NCBI GenBank assembly: GCA_965644295.1
Contig: CBFFRP010000180.1
Location: 44,794 to 108,793 of the forward strand
Direction: 5' to 3'
Source of the DNA: Paraphysomonas bandaiensis
Lineage: Eukaryota; Protista; Chrysophyceae
DNA length: 64,000 bases
Positions 32,762 to 45,624 of the stretch are shown here, in pieces. The notes beneath the pieces were generated by a model. The model ran no database searches, was not told the origin of the DNA, and saw only the letters and a program-made list of their open reading frames with translations. A program made the position numbers and the translations under genes. How positions within the stretch are numbered: the first letter of the stretch is position 1; the number at the start of each line of letters is the position of its first letter.

Positions 32762-33360
32762 CTAAAGTGTCTCGTCACCCCTACTGGTTTCAAGAAAATC
32801 ATCGTCAACGTGGTCCACAAGCATAGCTAAAGGTCTCTCGTAACTCCCAAAAAGAAAAGACAATCCATTATCTCCGCCATGAGATTCAATGATGGAATCA
32901 CGAATCATCCTTCTGTGGGCCTCACTACCAACAATTAGTAAGTGAGTAAGAAATATGTCAAGCATGCTCACATTATATGTCGACGCCTCAATCCGAGAGG
33001 TTTATCTTCTCCGTCCTCTTTCAATACTGATGTCGCTGTTTCCACGAGTTCCCCAACAAACAGCTTGGCAAGTCCTCCCACAGCTATCGCCATATCATCA
33101 GAGATGTCGCTGCTGGAGCTGTACTTCAGAGTGCGGTTCATAACGCTCTTTATGTGCTGTCTCAAAAAATGACTCCGTACAAAAAACTCTGCAAAGAAAT
33201 GAGCACACAGACAGAGAGACACACAGAGAACAGCACCGAATCTGATCTGCTGCTCGTCACTCAGCTTCTCATACTGCTCCTTTATGAACTTCGTGCGTTT
33301 AGCAGGGCCAGAGATTTCATCAGCTGAGTCCCTTATGAGCTCTGCGAGTTCGCGGGACAT
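32762..33360 (-). CDS. TAF11: TFIID subunit 11 (TAFII28 histone fold), two introns
   Basis: LSDEQQIRF/EFFVRSHF...IAVGGLAKLFVGELVETA...PL...HI/EAHRRM. Confidence 0.85.
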
Positions 33361-33432
33361 ATGAAACAATCTACTTTCAACAAAAATAGATTCACGTGCA
33401 CATTGACTTGATAACACTGAACTACCTCGAGA

Positions 33433-33692
33433 ACATACATACATACATACATACATACATACATACATACATACATACATACATACATACATACATACAT
33501 ACATACATACATACATACATACATACATACATACATACATACATACATACATACATACATACATACATACATACATACATACATACATACATACATACAT
33601 ACATACATACATACATACATACATACATACATACATACATACATACATACATACATACATACATACATACATACATACATACATACATACAT

Positions 33693-33725
<33 letters not shown>

Positions 33726-33970
33726 TACACACATACATACATACATACATACATACATACATACATACATACATACATACATACATACATACATACATAC
33801 ATACATACATACATACATACATACATACATACATACATACATACATACATACATACATACATACATACATACATACATACATACATACATACATACATAC
33901 ATACATACATACATACATACATACATACATACATACATACATACATACATACATACATACATACATACAT

Positions 33971-34003
<33 letters not shown>

Positions 34004-34536
34004 TACACACATACATACATACATACATACATACATACATACATACATACATACATACATACATACATACATACATACATACATACATACATACATACAT
34101 ACATACATACATACATACATACATACATACATACATACATACATACATACATACATACATACATACATACATACATACATACATACATACATACATACAT
34201 ACATACATACATACATACATACATACATACATACATACATACATACATACATACATACATACATACATACATACATACATACATACATACATACATACAT
34301 ACATACATACATACATACATACATACATACATACATACATACATACATACATACATACATACATACATACATACATACATACATACATACATACATACAT
34401 ACATACATACATACATACATACATACATACATACATACATACATACATACATACATACATACATACATACATACATACATACATACATACATACATACAT
34501 ACATACATACATACATACATACATACACACATATAC
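33433..34536. repeat. (ATAC)n microsatellite, about 1.1 kb, with short (AC)n interruptions
   Basis: Direct observation. Confidence 0.98.
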
Positions 34537-34634
34537 GGCTGCGTATACCATGGCTAGGGGATGTGTATGATTTGGTGTATCATTGTTGTCTAGCCTTTGC
34601 GGTGGCTGCTCAGTCTCTGGGTCTGTCGTGCACC

Positions 34635-37518
34635 ATGCTCGGTGCTCTTGCAGTGAGAGTTCGTCGCAGTTTTCTGGCAGTAGTTTTCATTTTGACGGCT
34701 GTTTTTTTTGTGTTTTCAGTTCTTTTTGTTCCGCATGAAGTGAGCGGAGACTTCAGGTTGAGGTTGAAGAGAACAGCCAATTATTCAAGATGGGTATCTT
34801 CAGGGGTCAATCGAAGTGGAAGTTTGCGTGTATCTCACGTGCGTATGGAAGAGTTCAATAGAGCAGCTATCCCTCGTGTGTCCTGGTTCATAGATAAGGG
34901 CCGGCCTCTGGGAGGTACCTGCACACACATGCATATATATGTACCATACACTGCACTCATACCCATACAGAGCTCTGTCTTCGCCGATGGAGAAGAAACG
35001 AAGAGTACCTGGCCCATATTCATATCGGCAAAGCCGGAGGGACGTCTTTCGATAAGATACTAAGAGATGCCGCCGCAGTGAATGCCATGAACATCCCGAA
35101 GAATATCAAGATAGCTAACTACTCTCAGTTCCGGTCACGCATCAATAGCACTGTAGATGAAGGCGTTATGCCGGTGCTTCTCTGGTATGCCCATCATGAT
35201 ATGGACTATATCAACAGGGCGATAGCGGAGGGTCTTGGTCACAGGGTGGCACCTGTGGGTTTTGTGCGCAACCCGGTAGACAGGTAAACACGAGATGTAT
35301 CACTGGCCTGGCATAGTGTAATATTTCCTTTCCACTTCCAACTCTCTTTTGTATCAGAGAGATATCTCAGTTCTACTTCGCCAAGAAGAAGAAGATCCTT
35401 CGAGCGGATTATTACTTTGAAGACTGGGTTCGGAAGATGGTGGAGCATCCTGAGATAATAAAAGGTGTGACCTCCCTGATGTGTTGTGATGCGTCTGTTG
35501 ATAAAACATGCAATCTCTCATCAATAGGCACAAGCTCTCTGTTTGCTGATGGCAGCAGCGCGGCTATGTGGTTCTCCGGTCTAGTAACGGAGGAATGGGT
35601 GAATACGAAGGGGATTTCTCGCAGTGAGTATGAGGTAAAGGGGGAGTTGTTGCTGAACCATCAAGTGGATGTGATGAGACTGGCGTTGCTTAACTTTCAC
35701 CGATCGTTTCTATGGGTGGGTATCCTTGAGGAGATGCCTCGTAGTCTAGCCCTCTTTCGCCATCAGACAGGGCTGAAGCTCAAGAGTGGCAGCGACCACC
35801 TAAAGTCCAACTCCAATTCTCATCCTCCACCAACAAAGGCTGAGCGCGCTGTGATAGAGGCTGCTAATCCCATGGACATGGCACTCTACGAATATATTCG
35901 TACTGTGCAGTTAGGGCGTATGACAGCACTGGAGGAAGCGATATCCAAGAACAGGACAGTACCGTGGTGTAAGTCCAGTACGGATTGGATGGCATTCTCT
36001 TTTCCTTTCACGTTCAACGGGTCGCAGATGTGGCCTCCTCCAGAAGCCACTAGTGGTAATACAGGTGGAAGTGTAGTAGAGAGATTTTTTGGTCTAAGTG
36101 GGGCGAAACAACATCCCAATATCACTGTCGGACGATCAATAAATCCTCCTTCTGTGTCGCTGAATATTGATAGTCATGTTCATCCTACTAGAGCTGCTGC
36201 TCAAACTCAACCCTCTGGGCATATTGGTATGAAAGAATTTGAGGAGTCGTCTATTCCTCGTGTTTCGTGGTATATTAATAAGTCTCGACCACTTGGAGGT
36301 GAGTAAATAACTAGATACACATAGCTGAATACTAATATGCGTAGCTCTTTGTCTTCGAGGCTGGAGAAGAAATATCGAATACCTAGCCCATATTCATATC
36401 GGCAAAGCCGGTGGTACAACATTCGACAAAATTTTACGGAACATTGCGAAAGTGAATGATATGAGCATCCCGAAGAATATCAAGATAGCTAACTACTCTC
36501 AGTTCCGGTCACGCATCAATAGCACTGTAGATGAAGGCGTTATGCCGGTGCTTCTCTGGTATGCCCATCATGATATGGACTATATCAACAGGGCGATAGC
36601 GGAGGGTCTTGGTCACAGGGTGGCACCTGTGGGTTTTGTGCGCAACCCGGTAGACAGGTAAACACGAGATGTATCACTGGCCTGGCATAGTGTAATATTT
36701 CCTTTCCACTTCCAACTCTCTTTTGTATCAGAGAGATATCTCAGTTCTACTTCGCCAAGAAGAAGAAGATCCTTCGAGCGGATTATTACTTTGAAGACTG
36801 GGTTCGGAAGATGGTGGAGCATCCTGAGATAATAAAAGGTGTGACCTCCCTGATGTGTTGTGATGCGTCTGTTGATAAAACATGCAATCTCTCATCAATA
36901 GGCACAAGCTCTCTGTTTGCTGATGGCAGCAGCGCGGCTATGTGGTTCTCCGGTCTAGTAACGGAGGAATGGGTGAATACGAAGGGGATTTCTCGCAGTG
37001 AGTATGAGGTAAAGGGGGAGTTGTTGCTGAACCATCAAGTGGATGTGATGAGACTGGCGTTGCTTAACTTTCACCGATCGTTTCTATGGGTGGGTATCCT
37101 TGAGGAGATGCCTCGTAGTCTAGCCCTCTTTCGCCATCAGACAGGGCTGAAGCTCAAGAGTGGCAGCGACCACCTAAAGTCCAACTCCAATTCTCATCCT
37201 CCACCAACAAAGGCTGAGCGCGCTGTGATAGAGGCTGCTAATCCCATGGACATGGCACTCTACGAATATATTCGTACTGTGCAGTTAGGGCGTATGACAG
37301 CACTGGAGGAAGCGATATCCAAGAACAGGACAGTACCGTGGTGCAAGTCCAGTACGGATTGGATGGCATTCTCTTTTCCTTTCACGTTCAACGGGTCGCA
37401 GATATGGCCTCCTCCAGAAGCCACTAGTGGTAATACAGGTGGAAGTGTAGTAGAGAGATTTTTTGGTCTAAGTGGGGCGAAACAACATCCCAATATCACT
37501 ATGCCAGCAACGACGTAA
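34635..37518 (+). CDS. Type II membrane sulfotransferase with two tandem catalytic domains; multi-exon
   Basis: N-terminal TM; HIHIGKAGGT[ST]F PAPS loop twice; FVRNPVDR 3'-PB motif twice; WVGILEE, NPMDMALYE. Confidence 0.8.
35092..37500 (+). repeat. 1035-bp near-identical direct duplication (35092-36126 / 36466-37500)
   Basis: Offset 1374 bp; only two differences seen by eye; intron appears identical. Confidence 0.92.
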
Positions 37519-38703
37519 ATCCGCCGCGTGGAATCCGTGAATGGGCTAACCAATTCCGATTGCTGCTTCACAGTGGTATACTCTAGTTAATAGGTAATTT
37601 TTGTGTACACAATTTCATTAAACCGCTTTTCTTTTCTTTTCAGTTTAATAATAGATGCTGTTATAAAATGCCTTAGTAGCTTATGGAGAGCTTCGTTCCT
37701 ATGCAAGGCGGATAATGTCACACTATTTATTGCAATATCCGTTATGATTCCAATCCGAGGCTGTATTCTATAGCAATGAAATACCAAAACTAGTGTCGTG
37801 ACTGATAAGTATTGCGATTATAGCAATTAAAGTAGCGTTTTTGTAAATAAAACTTGGTAAAATTTTTGATACTGGTCAAAGAGGAGTAATACTATGTACG
37901 ATAAGTAACTACAAAGATAATTCTACTGTGTCAATAATATTATTTATAATATTGTTGACTACTTTAAACATATATTATATTACTTCAGTATTTCAACAAT
38001 AAAAGTCACAGACCACACATAAATAATAGGCTATTCAGTCACAAGTATAAAGCTATTTTTTGTAAGTCGACATTGTCCTTGCCCCTCCCAAGATTGTAGA
38101 ACTACACTGGACTTGGTCAAATAAAACTTCTCGATTCTAAAATGCAAAATGCAAAGATCAAATACAATGATGTATGCATTTTACAGTATATGCATTCCCA
38201 TGATTGTATGAATTTTATTTCTGACGAGGCCATAAACACCTAGTCATAGTAAACTGGAAAAGAAGTTGTTTAGTTACGATTTTTCGACCACTTGATTAAG
38301 TTTTTACATCAATTTTGCGCCGCTATGCGTTTCTTTGTTTGTGCACCGCTGTGCGTGTATATCACACTAGACTGTGGAGTTGTACAGCAATATATACCCT
38401 TCACATATTTGGCATAAGAGTAACGGAAATAACTGCTATATAAAATTACTGTCTATTAAACACGAAACATTTACAAGAGAATATTCAGCGCAGTAGAGGC
38501 AATACATGTTTTATCTACATAAGTACAGAGTTCACACAGGCACATCCTGTCCGCATTGCCATCACAATCATGTCGTAATATGAAATATAAAAGGGGGTAA
38601 ATAGCTGACTTCGGCGGATAGTATGCGACCTCTGTAACTTCATGATTCCACTCTTGATTTACTCCACTTTAATTTCTGCGCTACTACCTTAGATGGTGAA
38701 TAA

Positions 38704-40930
38704 TTAGGTTTCCGACATATACCCAGTGGCATCAATACCAACATCATCACTACTAGACCTCGGTAGAGACACAGCAATATGAGATTCAGGTGAATGTACA
38801 AGAGGGAAGAGATCCATGTCGGCACTAGAAATAGTGCTGTTGTGCTCAGTTTTTATACTCATTTCCGCAGCAGGGATGACACCCAATGGAATCGCAGTGT
38901 CAATAGAACCTTTCCTTCGCTTTGGGCGAGTCCAGAGACCTCTGTGCTCACCCATCCACTCCCAGTTACTACGCTTGTGTTTCTTTCTCTGCGATTCTAT
39001 TGCGGCATCGCCACAATCACCACCTGCACCGTCTTCAGCATCACTGTCGTTTACACTATCGCAAGTAGCAAGGTCTGCTACTGTTTCCGTTGATCGTTGC
39101 TCAAGCCAACCCTCTGAGCCAAACTTGCGGATCATAGGAAAGATAATTCCAACGTGATCCATGTACTCGCCCATATCCTCGGCACCTATCCCACCAGTTG
39201 AAACAGGTACGATCTTACTGAGTGCCCGCACCGTTTTCATATCCACCTCTTTGCTCTCATGTGCTATAGCTTTCTCACCCAATACAGCTGCAAACACAGC
39301 TCGGTCCACCCCGCAAACAAGTTCCCAAAGGAGACCCGGGGGAGCACAAAGGTGTCGAGAGCATCGTTCGCATAGTGCCATCAGACCAGGATGAATAACC
39401 CCTGTAATATCATCTGCGACTGCGTAGGAGAGAAGAGAGTACATTTCCTCATCTGTTGGAACGATGCTGTATACTCGGCCAAGAAGAAAGTTCTTGTGCT
39501 TGGAATCCAAAGGGGTAAAATGACAGCTATCAGCAGGCGTTCTACTAGAAAGGCTCACCCCCCTACTTCCCACAGTGCATTCCTCTGTATCGCCCACTAA
39601 CCCAGTCACTTCTAAGCACTCCCACTGTTCCTCCAACACGTGTTCAAGTACCTTGTTGAAAGCTAAGAATCCGGAGCCGTCATAAACATCTCGTTTCGAA
39701 TCGTCGATAGAGCGTGCTGCTGCGCGGAGACCAAACAGGAAACCAGAAAGTGTCCTGGGGGTGATACTATTGTCCATCTCACTGATTCTTCCAGGAAGGA
39801 AAGGTCGTCCTAATGGCACCACATTCCATCCACTTACACAGCCACGAACTAGTCGACAAGCAACCACCAATCCGGCTACAAGATCTTCAGCATGATGCAT
39901 ATCAACTGCCTGAAAGCATGGTAGAGGGGCTGATCGCGAGAACAATCTGGACAGAACCACCCACATGTCCCACACATTTGATGGTAAACCAAGCCCAGAT
40001 ATTGTTGAAGAAATGACCAGGGGAGCATTCAGAGGAGGGAGAGGGAATCTCAGGCTATTAGCGAGGAGAACGGAATGAAAAAATATATTTGTCGGTGAAA
40101 GTGCACCAACTGTTCCCTGTCCAACTCTACCAAACACGAGACGCACTCTCGCTCCTTCTCTACCGAGCACTCGCCCTTGGATTCTTTCAGGCAAGAGGTC
40201 CCAAACTCTAAAGTAAGGTACTTGACCTTGCTCGCACCAACGGACTATATCTCCTGGAGTTACCCAGGATCGAAGGAGGCGGCATCCTAGATACACCATA
40301 CCCAGCAGCAATGGTTTCGAGGGTATAGGTAGCCCAGCTCCCTCACCAGTGTCCGAGCAAACAGTGGCAGCAGTGAAATGCGCCATCATTGACCTCTCAT
40401 TCTGTTGGTTCCAGAGAGTCAAATAAGAAAACCACAAGTCTTTTACGACATCTTCTAATCCATTGACGTGAGCTACGCTCCCAACAGACTGTATAGTGCA
40501 GTTAGTAATCAACAACCAGCATACAAGTTAGCTACCCTCATCATCAGCCTCAACATGGCTTGAAATACCACAAGATAGTCGTACAACTGAGGAGCACCAG
40601 GAGATGCTTTCACTGGCTGCGGAGTCTACAGGAATACACATAACTACCACACATACCACCCATGTATAGTAAAGCACAGTACAGTCTACACATACGAGCA
40701 TACAGTGCAGTGCAGTGTGATCATACGGACATGTACAGCATGAGAGACCCGCCCCGTCCCGTCCCGTCCATTACCTTCACTTGTCGTGACCTTATCTTGC
40801 CCCCCAACACATGCTCGTTCTCAAAGCTCTCAGCGAAGTAGTCCTGCGACTGGGTGCCGCACATGCTGCAGAAGAAGAAACCTTGACCGTCTTCATTGAA
40901 GCTATCGCTCTGACAAATGCTGCACAGCAT
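38704..40930 (-). CDS. RNA polymerase I initiation factor TAF1B/RRN7-like; multi-exon
   Basis: N-terminal Zn ribbon CSIC...GFFFCSMCGTQSQ; VVKDLWFSYL; YLGCRLLRSWVTPGDIVRWCEQGQVPY. Confidence 0.8.
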
Positions 40931-41435
40931 ATCTGTATCAGCGCAGATATTCTCCAGTAACCGCCCGGTCCATATCGCACATACGATCTACTCTTAATGG
41001 GCGTGTGTGTTATGTGAGTGAAGCAGAGGCTCTCTGCACATACACGTACATCATCGTACAGCACTATACGTATACATACTGCTGTACATACATGTATAGG
41101 TCCAGCAAAAAAAATCCAGGCTTTTTAGATGCATGCTGTTTTTTATGACCATATATTACACGAATAACGAAAAAAGGTCGATTTTTTAGAGTAGATCCAG
41201 CGCTATCATACGGCGGTAGGTAGAGTACTGTATGTATTGACTGTCCAATGGGCCAATGGGTGTGTCGGCAGCGTATACCCTCCTATACTCTGCTGTATAT
41301 CTATATGGAAGTGTAGTTGGAGCAGTGCGCAGCATGATGATGCACCTCAAAGTCTAAATAAACTCACCACTGGACAAACACACTCCAAACATACAGTAGT
41401 ATGGCTGTGCTATACTAGACTAGTGGCGTTCTCTG

Positions 41436-42833
41436 ATGAGTATCGATGAGAGGGAGTGGGAGGGAGACGATGACAATGACAATGATCTCTTCAGAGACCG
41501 TCTCCGTGTCGCTCTCTCGTCTGATTTAGATGCCGTGGAGGGATCGGGATGTGTGTGTGTGAGTGAAGTGGATGGTCACAGCTATGTGTTCTTTATTCCC
41601 ATAGTGGGTATGGGATTCTCTCACAGAGACAGACGATCACAGGCGGAGCTGCTGCATAAGATGTCTCTGCTGTATCTTAAGAAGACGAGGGTGGCGGCAT
41701 CGTCAGGCTACACTCTCATATACGGACACTCCAGATTTTCAGTTTACTCTCACATTAAGATGCTACGTGAGCTGTATAATATGCTCCCCCGCTGCTATAA
41801 GAAGAATCTCAAACAGCTCTACGTTCTGCATCCAACTCCTGGGCTGCGGGCTTTTTTTCATATGTCGAAGGCGTTCATCGGACGGCATGGAATGCATAAA
41901 ATTCAGTTTGTAGGAAGTATAGCAGGGCTACAGAGGTTACTTCCTCTAGCGGCTTGGCGCCACTCTCTCCCTGCTTCGTATCTTAGATGGGAGGACCTGG
42001 AACTCTTCAACCGATCTAGTCTTCTTTCCGCCCCGTCCCCTTCTTTGCAAGAGTCATTCGACGCATCCCTAGGTGCTCCCTGGTTGGTTGTGCGGTGTGC
42101 GGAGCATTTGAGAGAGTTAGGCATGCAACGAGAGGGTTTGTTCAGAGTGCCGGGGAGTCAGGTTTCTTTTGAGGTGGCGCAGATCCGTATAAGGGCAGGC
42201 CAGACAAGTAGGCTGGTCATAGGTGGGGCGTGTGTAGATGAATCAGAACAGAGAACGGATCTCGCAGCACTAGCCATCGATGATATTGACGAGGTTGCAC
42301 AACTTTTCAAAGTATTTTTACGAGATCTACCGCAGCCTGTTGTCACAACAGAGGCCTATAAGGCCATGGTTCTGGTTGTCACTGAGAGCAACCGCGAGGT
42401 GTCTCTTGATATCATATATAGGATTTTAACACCTGATGGTTATGTGATGTGGTATAGGGTGACATGAGTGCCGACGAAATAGTTGGTCTGGTTGAAGGCG
42501 TACTTGAAAGAGAGCTTCCAGAATCTCATCTCTCCACACTACTCTATATACTCAGGTCTGGTCAAGCTTTGGGATCACTGTTGAATTCATTTCTATATGT
42601 GCAGGTTTTTGGCTGAAGTAGCGGCACAGGCCCATCTGAACAAAATGAATCCTGACAACCTTTCAGTTGTATTCGCTCCCACTCTCATGCGAGTGCAGAT
42701 GGACGATCCCATGCAAGCCATGTCGGATATTAAAACCTGTCAGCGCATTCTCAAAGCTCTTCTGCTGAAAAACATGGAGGGTGCTATTCGAATAAATTTG
42801 TCTGATAATATGGTGGATAGACTTAATCGATAG
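41436..42833 (+). CDS. BCH/CRAL-TRIO_2 + RhoGAP protein (ARHGAP1-like architecture)
   Basis: YKKNLKQLYVLHPT; REGLFRVPGS, LFKVFLRDLPQP, NKMNPDNLSVVFAPTL. Confidence 0.88.
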
Positions 42834-43386
42834 AATCATTACAATAGCGTAGTACATAAATGTAGCGTGTGTAATAGCTGAAATGAGATTGCTGGTTCTT
42901 GCACTATTTTTTGACTCAATAGCTGACATTTCTGTATGTTGAAGTGTATGTAATATACAGTACTTTGGTATATGACTAGTCTGTTTGCCTAAAGTGAGCA
43001 ACTAAACGCTGTGGTTTGTACTTGAAGGTTTTTGTGTTGTGTTTACGGTGCTTGAAACACACACAGAGAGAAGGGGGTCTTCGACCCTGCGTGGTGCTAC
43101 TGTCACTGTAAATACTGTTAAAGTTAATATACACAGTGTGCCCCTATGGTGTTGTGACAATATATTACAACAAAATGTCCACACAAATAAATAATACAAT
43201 AATATATTACAAAATAAGGACATTTTAAAGGAAAATAACACACAAAAATAAATAGCTTTTCTAAACGGTCCAAACTATGTAAAATTGTGTAAATTACGTA
43301 TTATTAAAGTATGTCTAGCATTCAACTGGCCACTATATTGGTACAGGTTTCTAACGCCTATTGCTAAATAAAAAGACTTTCAATAA

Positions 43387-44654
43387 TAGAGTATGTATTT
43401 TGTATATACGGTTGCTGGTATACTGACAGGAGTGTGTTAGATATGAGGGTCATGTGACCATAAATAGACACACAGACAGCCTATTGTGGGATTAAATTAT
43501 GACCCAACCTGCAGATTAAAACAAAGGACGATTGATGGAGCCGTCTCGAACTTTCATAATTCCATTTCTTTTCTTTAACCCTATATCCCCCTTATATGTA
43601 GCGATAGCCGCACATACAACTCTGTCAACCTCTACTGGCCAAACATGACCAACTTTACTCATATTCGGACTATCATATTCGTGCCACCAACGCAGAGCAC
43701 TCTTATAATTTTGATAAGTTTGTGCGCTTACAGTCACAACATTTTGTCCGGGATTAAGTAGGAAATAATATGAGAGCAAGAAATAATGCAGATCTGTACC
43801 ATGAATGAAAAGACAAAGTATGTATTCAATTAAAATAAGACGGGATTTGCATGAATATAGTACGAAGTAAAATTAACGACAATTACTACTTAGAACCTAC
43901 TAATATACATACCACGACAAAACTGGACCAAAGCGTAAACTAGCTCCCAATCACCTGATAAGAAGCAGAAGCATTGTGCCCTTCAGATGTCTCCACCGCC
44001 AATCTGAGTTCAGTTAGCTTCCAAGGTAATGATAACATTTGTTCGTCCAAGCCATGGCTTAATTAAGAGTAATGCTATAATACAGTCACCATAATGAACG
44101 TGGTATGCGCGATCGTCGGGCGTTGGTGTGTTAACAGTAATAAAATATACATGTATACGATACAGACACATACGAAACAGACTTCAACCACTGGCGTGGA
44201 AAAGATCTCCCTAAAGTGAGCGTCCAAGTGTGCAATCGCCGAGGAGGGTGAGTCGCTGTCTTGCAGCTGCTCCTTAGTATTATCGGGAGAGCTTCACAGA
44301 ATGCACACTGAGCATACATTCTGCAAGATAACGACTCAAGCAGTATTTGATCCTCCTGTAAGGGCCTCTTCCACTTCACTGTCTCTTCTGATGGTAATAA
44401 CCCACACATGTAGCAGTTGTCTCAAGCGGATAAAAGTCATCGTACTGGTCTTGCACAGCATGAAGCTTGCGGTACAGTGAAGTCATGTCAGTCCATTAAC
44501 GACTCCATCAATCGCCCTTTGTTTTAATCTGCAGGTGGGGTCATAATTTCACCCCACAATAGACTGTCTGTGTGTCTTTTGATGGTCATGACCCTCATAT
44601 ACAACACACTCCTGCCAGTATACCAGCAACCGTATATACAAAATACATACTCTA
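43387..44654. mobile_element. Decayed element bounded by about 158-bp inverted repeats, containing a Crypton-like tyrosine-recombinase fragment
   Basis: Arms 43387-43544 and 44499-44654 are imperfect reverse complements; 43516-43779 encodes TYQNYKSALRWWH...KKRNGIMKV. Confidence 0.55.
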
Positions 44655-44783
44655 ATAACACGTACTAATTTACACAATTTTAAAGAAAAACAAGAGATTT
44701 TACACAAATATTCGTTTTCATGCATCTAAAACAAGAAAACCTCGGCTTTTTTGCCTGATACCTTCATACAGTTCCTCGTATCA

Positions 44784-44784
<1 letters not shown>

Positions 44785-44814
<30 letters not shown>

Positions 44815-45596
44815 CATACATACATACATACATACATACATACATACATACATACATACATACATACATACATACATACATACATACATACATACATACA
44901 TACATACATACATACATACATACATACATACATACATACATACATACATACATACATACATACATACATACATACATACATACATACATACATACATACA
45001 TACATACATACATACATACATACATACATACATACATACATACATACATACATACATACATACATACATACATACATACATACATACATACATACATACA
45101 TACATACATACATACATACATACATACATACATACATACATACATACATACATACATACATACATACATACATACATACATACATACATACATACATACA
45201 TACATACATACATACATACATACATACATACATACATACATACATACATACATACATACATACATACATACATACATACATACATACATACATACATACA
45301 TACATACATACATACATACATACATACATACATACATACATACATACATACATACATACATACATACATACATACATACATACATACATACATACATACA
45401 TACATACATACATACATACATACATACATACATACATACATACATACATACATACATACATACATACATACATACATACATACATACATACATACATACA
45501 TACATACATACATACATACATACATACATACATACATACATACATACATACATACATACATACATACATACATACATACATACATACATACACATA
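44785..45596. repeat. (ATAC)n microsatellite, about 810 bp
   Basis: Direct observation. Confidence 0.98.
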
Positions 45597-45624
45597 GGCT
45601 GTTATTTAGTCCTATTAGTTCGAT

